64,000 nt of DNA from Gammaproteobacteria bacterium TMED78 (GTDB lineage: Bacteria; Pseudomonadota; Gammaproteobacteria; Steroidobacterales; Rariloculaceae), in the NCBI GenBank assembly GCA_002171615.1, contig NHEF01000010.1, positions 155,017-219,016 of the forward strand, given 5' to 3'. This document shows, in pieces, positions 48,758-56,501 of this stretch. A program made the translations under genes and the position numbers. The first letter of the stretch is position 1. Each line of letters opens with the position of its first letter. The notes below the pieces were generated by a model, which made no database searches, had not been told where the DNA came from, and saw only the letters and a list, made by a program, of their open reading frames with translations.

Positions 48758-49961
48758 TAAAAATTCTCCTATCATACTTGCCTTTTCTGGTGGCCTGGAT
48801 ACATCATTCTGTGTGCCTTGGCTAAAAGAAACCTATGGAAAACCAGTTATAACTGTCACAGTAGATACAGGTGGTATTAACAAAGAAACATCAAAACACT
48901 TGAAAGAACATTCTAAAAAACTAGGAGCTAATGACCACATCCTAGTCAATGCAAAAGATGACTTCTTTAATGATGTTCTTAAATTTTTAATTATGGGTAA
49001 TATAAAAAAGGGTAACATGTATCCTCTGTGTGTAGGCTCTGAAAGAGTTATTCAGGCAAAATATTTAGCTAAAATTGCAAAAGATATGCACTCTGATACT
49101 GTAGCTCATGGATGTACAGCCGCTGGAAATGATCAAATTCGGTTCCAAATAATTCTAAAATCATTAGCGCCTGATCTTAAAATACTAGCTCCAGTTAGAG
49201 ATCAATCATGGGCAAGAGATGATCAGGTAAGCTATCTAAAAAAATTAGGACTTCCCACCCCAAAATCAGGCTCAACTTACTCTATAAATCGAGGGCTATG
49301 GGGAGTTACTATTGGAGGATCTGAAACACTTGATTCTAAAGAGACTATTCCAGAATCTTCTTGGGAGCTCAGCCCTAATGTTTTTCCTTCCTCTTCTAAA
49401 AATGAACAGAAAATTATTATTGAATTTAAAAAAGGTATTCCAATTAAGATTAATGGAGAAGACCTCAACCCAATTCAGATAATTGAAAAACTAGAAACGA
49501 CTGGAAAGGTTTTTGGAATAGGTCGTGGTATCCATTTAGGAGATACTATATTAGGCATAAAAGGACGTGTTGCATTCGAGGCACCTGCTGCTGAGATTCT
49601 AATAAATGCTCATCGAGAATTAGAAAAACTAACACTTTCCTCTTTACAGTTAAAAATTAAGGAACAATTAAGCCTTCATTACTGTGAACTTATTCATGAG
49701 GGGAAACAGCTAGATCCTGCATGTAATGATATAGAGTCTTTTTTTATGTCATCACAAAAATATGTTTCTGGAAAAGTTGACTGTGTATTGCGCCCTGGTT
49801 CAGTTTTTATTACTGGAATTAAATCGCCTTTTTCTCTCATGTCAGCAAGTAAAAGTAAATATGGAGAATCTATAGGTGAGTGGGATGCTAGAGATGCACT
49901 AGGCTTTTCAAGAATCTTATCTCTACCAGGAACTCTTCACAGCAGAGTAAAGGAGAGTTAA
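48750..49961 (+). CDS. argG: Argininosuccinate synthase
   Basis: AFSGGLDTS N-terminal PP-loop and conserved core; 403 aa. Confidence 0.93.
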   Translation: MANKNSPIILAFSGGLDTSFCVPWLKETYGKPVITVTVDTGGINKETSKHLKEHSKKLGANDHILVNAKDDFFNDVLKFLIMGNIKKGNMYPLCVGSERVIQAKYLAKIAKDMHSDTVAHGCTAAGNDQIRFQIILKSLAPDLKILAPVRDQSWARDDQVSYLKKLGLPTPKSGSTYSINRGLWGVTIGGSETLDSKETIPESSWELSPNVFPSSSKNEQKIIIEFKKGIPIKINGEDLNPIQIIEKLETTGKVFGIGRGIHLGDTILGIKGRVAFEAPAAEILINAHRELEKLTLSSLQLKIKEQLSLHYCELIHEGKQLDPACNDIESFFMSSQKYVSGKVDCVLRPGSVFITGIKSPFSLMSASKSKYGESIGEWDARDALGFSRILSLPGTLHSRVKES

Positions 49962-49962
49962 T

Positions 49963-51030
49963 ATGCAATCTTTAATTGTAGATAAAATCTCTTCCGTTGC
50001 TATAGCAAATGATATAGGGCGTGAAATAAGAATAAGTCCTGACATTCCTTGTGAAGAAGGAGTGATTGTTGCTGCAAAAGTACTAAATAATAAATCTCGG
50101 TACAACACACTAGAGCTTACAAGCGGACGAATGGCCCAAATTAAAAAAGGGGATATTATTATTGGTGCACTTGGGCATAGAAAAGCATTATTTGGTTATT
50201 CTGGTCATATACCGGAAAAGCTTTCAGCTGGTGATAAAATACAAGTCTTAAACCTTGGGGGGGTTTTAGGCATTTGTGACTCTATTAATATTAGCCAGGG
50301 TTCTCCTTTTGACTGTGAAGTACTTGGTGTAGTTTTAGAATTTCCTTTCTTAGGTGAGAGAATAGGTGTTCCTGCAAAAGTTGGAGCACCTAAAAAAAAT
50401 ATAGTTAAAAAACTTGATCTTAATCAGATACCAATTATTGCTATTGCTGGGACTTGTATGGATTCAGGAAAAACAGTTGCGGCATGCTCTATAATAAGCC
50501 AGCTTAATCATAATGGATTTACTGTTGATGCATTTAAAAGTACTGGTGTTGCTCTTCGACGAGACATACTTGCTATGGAAGATGCAGGTGCTAGAAATAC
50601 AGAAATATTCTCTGACTATGGAGTAGTAGCTACAACTTCAGAAAACTCTGCTGATATAACAAAAAAAATATGTAGCTCTTTAGCTAATAATAATCCAGAT
50701 GTAATTGTATGTGAATTTGGCGATGGTATCCTTGGTGCATACGGAGTTGAATCTATTCTGTTAGACAAAGAGCTTAAAGGTTATTTCTCTTCTATTGTGC
50801 TTTGTGCAAATGATCCTATAGGTGCATGGGGAGGAGTTAAAATATTGAAAGATAATTTTAACTTAACTCCATCAGTTGTGACTGGACCAGCAACAGATAA
50901 TCAAGTAGGTATAGATATTATCGAAAAACAAAGTAGTATAAAAGCAATAAACGCTCTTACTAACTCAACAGATTTAGGTAATTTTATTGAATCAGAAATT
51001 TTGCCTAATAACATCGGAAGCAAAAAATGA
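49963..51030 (+). CDS. Uncharacterised two-domain protein: beta-rich N-terminal domain plus a P-loop (GTxxxxGKT) SIMIBI-like domain, embedded in the arg operon
   Basis: Intact 355-aa ORF. Its start is 1 nt after the argG stop with an AAGGAG RBS, and its stop overlaps the argC ATG (ATGA, 51027-51030). The motif IAIAGTCMDSGKTVAACSII has the GT-x4-GKT spacing of BioD/CobQ/DUF1611-type proteins. Confidence 0.8.
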   Translation: MQSLIVDKISSVAIANDIGREIRISPDIPCEEGVIVAAKVLNNKSRYNTLELTSGRMAQIKKGDIIIGALGHRKALFGYSGHIPEKLSAGDKIQVLNLGGVLGICDSINISQGSPFDCEVLGVVLEFPFLGERIGVPAKVGAPKKNIVKKLDLNQIPIIAIAGTCMDSGKTVAACSIISQLNHNGFTVDAFKSTGVALRRDILAMEDAGARNTEIFSDYGVVATTSENSADITKKICSSLANNNPDVIVCEFGDGILGAYGVESILLDKELKGYFSSIVLCANDPIGAWGGVKILKDNFNLTPSVVTGPATDNQVGIDIIEKQSSIKAINALTNSTDLGNFIESEILPNNIGSKK

Positions 51031-52088
51031 GTAATAAAATACCTGTAATAATATTAGGTGGATCTGGTTATGTAGCTGGAGAGTTACTTCGGCTTCTGTC
51101 ATATCATAAATACTTTTTTCCTAAATTGATTATTTCTAGTAGTCAAAATGGGAAATTTTTATCAGAAAAATTTCCATATCTGAAAAAAATTTATCCTAAA
51201 GAAAAATTTATATCAATTGAGGCTGGGATAGAGGGGCTTCAGGGGCATGATCACTGGATGGTAATATCTGCTGCCAATCATGGAAGCTCAGCTAAAACAA
51301 TAAATAAAATCATCTCTGAATCAAAAAAATTAAATCTAAAGACTAACATAATCGATATTGCAGCTGACTTCAGGTTTGATAACAAAAATGACTTTGAAAA
51401 AACCTATGGTCAAGATCATACAGCACCTGAACTTATAAAATCGTTTATTTGTGGTATTCCTGAACAAATAAAAGAAAATAATTATAATAATATCTCTCAT
51501 CCAGGATGTTTTTCTACATCAATGCTACTATCTATTGTTCCATTAGTTGAGAACAATATTAGCGAATTTGATTTTTTTACTAGCGCAGTCACTGGAAGCA
51601 CAGGATCTGGTAGCTTACCTAAAATAAATACTCATCATCCTGTTCGTGATGGCAATTTTTTTTCATATAAGCCCCTTAAGCACCGACACTCGATAGAAGT
51701 AGAGCATATTATAAAAAAAATTACTAACAAAGGAATAAATCTAAATTTTGTACCTCATTCAGGGCCATTTACTCGTGGAATATATGCAACTACTTTTTGT
51801 AAATTAAAAAATGATTATGATGAAAAATATATTTTTAACCTGTTTAAAAATTATTACAAAGAAAAGCCTTTTGTAGATATACTGAATGCCCCCCCTAAAA
51901 TAAAGGATGTAGTTGGAACAAATGAAGCCCAGCTCTCTATATCTTTAAATAACAATAATCTAGTTATTTGTTGTGTTATTGATAATCTAGTAAAAGGTGC
52001 TGCGGGAGGTGCAATTCAATTTGCGAACAAACTACTAGGATGGCCTGAGACAGAGGGTTTAATGATCCCTCCAATAGGATGGGCATAA
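51027..52088 (+). CDS. argC: N-acetyl-gamma-glutamyl-phosphate reductase
   Basis: ILGGSGYVAGELLRLL and active-site SHPGCFST; 353 aa. Confidence 0.9.
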   Translation: MSNKIPVIILGGSGYVAGELLRLLSYHKYFFPKLIISSSQNGKFLSEKFPYLKKIYPKEKFISIEAGIEGLQGHDHWMVISAANHGSSAKTINKIISESKKLNLKTNIIDIAADFRFDNKNDFEKTYGQDHTAPELIKSFICGIPEQIKENNYNNISHPGCFSTSMLLSIVPLVENNISEFDFFTSAVTGSTGSGSLPKINTHHPVRDGNFFSYKPLKHRHSIEVEHIIKKITNKGINLNFVPHSGPFTRGIYATTFCKLKNDYDEKYIFNLFKNYYKEKPFVDILNAPPKIKDVVGTNEAQLSISLNNNNLVICCVIDNLVKGAAGGAIQFANKLLGWPETEGLMIPPIGWA

Positions 52089-53236
52089 TGTCAAAATATA
52101 ATGCACACTTACAAGAAGTATATCCTGTCTTACCCTTTGAGCCCGTAAAAGGTGACGGAGTTTTCCTCAAAGATGAGAAAAATAAAAAAGTGCTAGATTT
52201 ATATGGCGGGCATGCAGTTACGTGTCTAGGATACAATCATAAAAAATTGATAACAGCTATAACTAATCAAGCAAAAAATCTTCTTTTTCAAAGCAATGCT
52301 GTAATTATGAAGTCTAGAGATGATGCTGCTACAAAATTAGCTGAATTTTCCCCTAAAAACCTTAATAAAGTTTTTTTTGTTAATAGTGGTGCTGAAGCGA
52401 ATGAGAATGCTATTCGTATAGCACTTCAATTAACAGGAAGAAAAAAAATCATAGCTATAGAAAATGCATTCCATGGTAGAACAGCTGCTGCTGGAGCTGT
52501 AACTTGGGGATCACAAAAAAAATGGTATGGATTCCCATCAACGCCTATGAAAGTAGAATTTATACCTAGAAATGATATTGACTCGTTAAAAAAAGCTGTT
52601 GACAAAGATACTGCGGCAGTGATCATTGAGCCGATTCAGGGAGTTGCAGGTGCTTATAAATTTTCTAATGAGTTTATTAATTCTATTCAACATCAGTGCA
52701 AAAAAAATAAAACTTTATTGATCTTTGATGAGGTTCAAACAGGAATGGGTAGGTTGGGCGTACCTTTTGGAGCAGATTATTTTCAAGTAACGCCTGACTT
52801 ATTGACGGTAGCAAAATCGTTAGCAGGAGGACTCCCCTGTGGTGCAGTCATTATGAAGGAAAAAATAATAAAAAATTTAGGTGCTGGCTCTCTAGGAACA
52901 ACTTTTGGTGGAGGTCCCCTTTCATCTGTAGCCATTAGTGCAGTTATAGACACTATTATTGATGACAACCTTATGGATAATATAAATAGTGTATCAAAAT
53001 ATTTATTTAGTACCTGTAAAATAGATCCAGTTATTGATATTCAGGGAGCAGGATTTTTAATTGGGTTAAAAACAAAAATACCTGCTAATGTTTTAAGAGA
53101 TAAGTTACTGAAAAAAAATATAATGACTGGAACTAGCAGTGACCCAAATATCTTGCGTCTACTTCCACCATATATACTAGAAAAATCGCATATCGAAATA
53201 CTCTCATCAGCTCTAAAGGAAATAAATAATGAATAG
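52079..53236 (+). CDS. argD: Acetyl(succinyl)ornithine aminotransferase (class III PLP)
   Basis: NSGAEANE, DEVQTGMGR and TVAKSLAGG (PLP Lys). An alternative start at 52088 would give a TAATG overlap with argC. Confidence 0.9.
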   Translation: MGIMSKYNAHLQEVYPVLPFEPVKGDGVFLKDEKNKKVLDLYGGHAVTCLGYNHKKLITAITNQAKNLLFQSNAVIMKSRDDAATKLAEFSPKNLNKVFFVNSGAEANENAIRIALQLTGRKKIIAIENAFHGRTAAAGAVTWGSQKKWYGFPSTPMKVEFIPRNDIDSLKKAVDKDTAAVIIEPIQGVAGAYKFSNEFINSIQHQCKKNKTLLIFDEVQTGMGRLGVPFGADYFQVTPDLLTVAKSLAGGLPCGAVIMKEKIIKNLGAGSLGTTFGGGPLSSVAISAVIDTIIDDNLMDNINSVSKYLFSTCKIDPVIDIQGAGFLIGLKTKIPANVLRDKLLKKNIMTGTSSDPNILRLLPPYILEKSHIEILSSALKEINNE

Positions 53237-54230
53237 CTTTAATGACCTTACTGATTTTAGTAATGATGAAATTGATAATCTAATTGATCTAGCAAATCAA
53301 CTAGAAAAAAATCCTAGCCCTAATGTACTAAAGGGCAAGGTGCTATCATTACTTTTCCTAAGTCCATCACTTAGGACTCTTGCGTCTTTTCAGGCTGGCA
53401 TGTCTAGGTTAGGTGGGGGTTCATTTGTTATTTCTCCTGATATGTCTATTCATGGTCTAGAAACTCGACATGGAATAGTTATGGATGGCTCAGCCGCTGA
53501 ACATATTAAAGAAGCGGTTCCTGTTATAGCTTCTTATGGTGATGCAGTCGGAATAAGAGCTTTTGCTGAGAGAGAAAATATAGATGATGATTTAGAAGAT
53601 ATTAAATTTAAAAATCTATCATCTTTGGTTGATAAGCCATTAATTAATATGGAATCGGCAATACAGCACCCATGTCAGAATTTAGCAGATTGGAAAACAA
53701 TGGATAATTTAGAAATTCCAAAGAATGGTGGAAAGTTTGTGCTATCTTGGGCTTATCATCCAAATGCACTCCCTCTGGCCGTTCCTGCATCTACTTTAAT
53801 CATGGCGGCTAAACGTGGAATGGATGTGACAGTTTTAAGACCTGATGGTTTTGCATTACCAAAAAGTATTTTAGAAAAAGCAACTAATGAAGCTACAAAA
53901 TCAGGTGGGAGCGTTCTAGAATCTGATAATAGAAAAGTAGCAATGGAAGGGGCCGATGTAATCTATGCTAAATCTTGGTCTTCAACCTTACACTATGGAG
54001 ATCAAATTAAAGATAAACTATTAAGAGAAAAATTTATTGATTGGTGCATTGATGAAGAGTGGTTTAATACAGCAAAAAAACAATGTAAATTTATGCATTG
54101 TCTGCCTGTGAGAAGAGGGGTCGTAGTTTCTGATGGTATATTAGATGGGCCTCGGAGTATTGTCATAGAGGAAGCTCGTAATCGTATGTATGCTCAAATG
54201 GCCATTCTATATAAAATGATGAAAGGATAA
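53229..54230 (+). CDS. argF': N-acyl-L-ornithine carbamoyltransferase (ArgF' type, acetyl or succinyl)
   Basis: SPSLRT replaces the classical STRTR. HPCQNLAD and HCLPVRRG are present, and the OTC DxxxSMG motif is absent (KSWSS instead). This is the pattern remembered for Xanthomonas AOTCase and Bacteroides SOTCase. Confidence 0.8.
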   Translation: MNSFNDLTDFSNDEIDNLIDLANQLEKNPSPNVLKGKVLSLLFLSPSLRTLASFQAGMSRLGGGSFVISPDMSIHGLETRHGIVMDGSAAEHIKEAVPVIASYGDAVGIRAFAERENIDDDLEDIKFKNLSSLVDKPLINMESAIQHPCQNLADWKTMDNLEIPKNGGKFVLSWAYHPNALPLAVPASTLIMAAKRGMDVTVLRPDGFALPKSILEKATNEATKSGGSVLESDNRKVAMEGADVIYAKSWSSTLHYGDQIKDKLLREKFIDWCIDEEWFNTAKKQCKFMHCLPVRRGVVVSDGILDGPRSIVIEEARNRMYAQMAILYKMMKG

Positions 54231-54237
54231 AAAAAAT

Positions 54238-55167
54238 ATGAGTGAATTAAAAAAAAATGAAAGAGCAATAGTTGTCTCTGCATTAAAGAGAGCCGCTCCA
54301 TATATCAGAATGTTTAAAGGTAAGATATTCGTCTTAAAAATTGGAGGAGAAGCTCTCCTATCATCAAAAGCAACGAATTTACTTGTAGAGCAAATAGGAA
54401 TTTTGTATGACCTTGGAATTAAAGTTATTTTAGTACATGGTGGAGGTCCTCAATCAACAGAGTTAGCAAAATCATTAGGTATCGATAGTAAATTTATTGA
54501 GGGGCGACGTGTTACAGATAAAAAAGCACTTGAGATTTCTGCAATGGTACTTAATGGTCAAATTAACACTAAATTATTAGCATGCTTTAGGGATCTTGCT
54601 ATCCCTGCCGTTGGAATTAGTGGAGTGGACGCTGGCCTTATCCAAGCTATCAAAAGGCCTGTTGTGCAAGATGATAAAGGTGTAAAAATAAAAGATTATG
54701 GATTTGTCGGTGATATTCAAAGTGTTGAGGCTAATATTCTCTTTAAGCAGTTAGACAATGGCCTTATTCCTGTTGTAAGTCCATTATCTGCTGATGATAA
54801 AGGAACATTGTTAAATATAAATGCTGATACAGTTGCTGCAGCAATTGCTTCAGCGATGAAAGCAGAGAAATTAATTTTAGCCATGAGTGCGCCAGGAATT
54901 TTAGAAGATAAAAATAATCCTAAGTCTATGATCTCATATGTTGATATAAATGGTTTAAAAAAGCTTAAAGATGAAGGTAAGTTAGAAGATGGAATGCTCC
55001 CTAAAGCAAAAGCGATAGAGCTTGCCCTTACCAGTGGCGTACCTCGTGTCCATGTTATTTCCTATGATTTAGCTGATAGCTTATTATTGGAGATATTTAC
55101 TAATGATGGAACAGGAACGCTAGTAGTGAATGATATAAATATATTAAGCAAAGCTGAGAAAAAATAG
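54238..55167 (+). CDS. argB: Acetylglutamate kinase (long N-terminal helix form)
   Basis: VLKIGGEAL and VHGGGPQ motifs in an amino-acid kinase fold. At 309 aa it has no fused NAGS domain. Confidence 0.92.
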   Translation: MSELKKNERAIVVSALKRAAPYIRMFKGKIFVLKIGGEALLSSKATNLLVEQIGILYDLGIKVILVHGGGPQSTELAKSLGIDSKFIEGRRVTDKKALEISAMVLNGQINTKLLACFRDLAIPAVGISGVDAGLIQAIKRPVVQDDKGVKIKDYGFVGDIQSVEANILFKQLDNGLIPVVSPLSADDKGTLLNINADTVAAAIASAMKAEKLILAMSAPGILEDKNNPKSMISYVDINGLKKLKDEGKLEDGMLPKAKAIELALTSGVPRVHVISYDLADSLLLEIFTNDGTGTLVVNDINILSKAEKK

Positions 55168-55176
55168 GAAGTTATT

Positions 55177-56364
55177 ATGAAACGTTTATGGGATAAAGAC
55201 TTACCAGTAGATAATTTAATCTTGAAATATACTGTAGGTAATGATTTTCATTTGGACGAGCGATTAGTTGAATATGATATTCAAGCATCAATAGCCCATG
55301 CAAGTATGCTTAAAGAGAAAGGCTTAATAAAAAAAGATGATTATCATAAAATTTCTAAAGCACTTAAGAAAATTGGAAAAGATCATAAAAACGGTGAGTG
55401 GAAAATTGATCTTGAGCAAGAAGACTGTCATACAGCAATAGAAAACCATCTGACAAAATATCTTGGCTCAGCAGGAGGAAGCATTCATCTTGGGCGCTCC
55501 AGGAACGATCAAGTACTTGCTGCCTTAAGACTTTATCTTAAGGATGTAGGAGATAACGTAGCAAAGGAGCTTGAGTTACTAATTAGTAAAATCAATGTAC
55601 TTATTAAGAAGCAAGGTGAAGTTCAACTTCCTGGCTATACTCATACACAGAGGGGTATGCCTAGCTCTGTTAAGCTATGGGCTGAAGGATATACTTCTGA
55701 ATTATCAGACGATGTAATAGGAATCAAATTAGCTACTAATAGGGCTGACAAAAATCCATTAGGATCAGCTGCAGGATATGGCACTCCTGGTCTTAATATT
55801 GATAGGGAGCTAACAACAAAAAGCTTAGGATTTAAATCTACACATGAGCCAGTAACAGCTGTTCAGATAAGTCGAGGAAAAGCTGAAGCATCAGTAATAT
55901 TTGAAATTACAATTATTTTAGGTGATTTAGCTAAATTAGCATCAGATATTATTTTATTCTATAGTGATGAGTTTTCCTTTTTAGATATCAAGAAAAACAT
56001 AACTACTGGATCTTCAATAATGCCTCAGAAAAATAATCCTGATGTTTTTGAACTAGTAAGAAGTGCTGAATCTATAGGAATAGCTTCACTAGTAGAAACT
56101 TTATCAATCTCTTCAAAGTTAATCTCTGGATATCATCGAGATCTACAAAGAATAAAAATGCCACTATTCCGATCTATCGATATTGCAATTGATACTATAA
56201 AAATTATGACTCACTCAATAGAAAATATATCATTTAATGAGAAAAATATAATATTAAATCCTGATATTTATGCTACAGAACAGGCTAATAAATTAGCTTT
56301 AGAAAAAAATATATCGTTCAGGGAGGCCTATAAAATGGTTGCAAAGAAAATAGATGAAAAATAA
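55177..56364 (+). CDS. argH: Argininosuccinate lyase (short C-terminus)
   Basis: LWDK..YTVGNDFHLD.. N-terminus and the signature GSSIMPQKNNPD. At 395 aa it is shorter than the ~450-460 aa of typical enzymes. Confidence 0.88.
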   Translation: MKRLWDKDLPVDNLILKYTVGNDFHLDERLVEYDIQASIAHASMLKEKGLIKKDDYHKISKALKKIGKDHKNGEWKIDLEQEDCHTAIENHLTKYLGSAGGSIHLGRSRNDQVLAALRLYLKDVGDNVAKELELLISKINVLIKKQGEVQLPGYTHTQRGMPSSVKLWAEGYTSELSDDVIGIKLATNRADKNPLGSAAGYGTPGLNIDRELTTKSLGFKSTHEPVTAVQISRGKAEASVIFEITIILGDLAKLASDIILFYSDEFSFLDIKKNITTGSSIMPQKNNPDVFELVRSAESIGIASLVETLSISSKLISGYHRDLQRIKMPLFRSIDIAIDTIKIMTHSIENISFNEKNIILNPDIYATEQANKLALEKNISFREAYKMVAKKIDEK

Positions 56365-56482
56365 CTATCTTATATTTCTTATGCTCATTCTTTCAGGGTG
56401 CGGTCAAAAAGGAGATCTTATATTAGATTCTATGTATAAAGAAATAGATATTTCTTATAAAGATCTAAGCTCTATTATATGA
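56354..56482 (+). CDS. lptM: 42-aa LptM/YifL-like small lipoprotein (not in the ORF track)
   Basis: Hand translation: MKNNYLIFLMLILSGCGQKGDLILDSMYKEIDISYKDLSSII-stop. It has a lipobox plus the CGxKGxL motif of the YifL/LptM (LPAM-type) family. The ATG overlaps the last argH codons. Confidence 0.65.
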   Translation: MKNNYLIFLMLILSGCGQKGDLILDSMYKEIDISYKDLSSII

Positions 56483-56501
56483 AAATATTTTTCTTCTAAT
56501 T

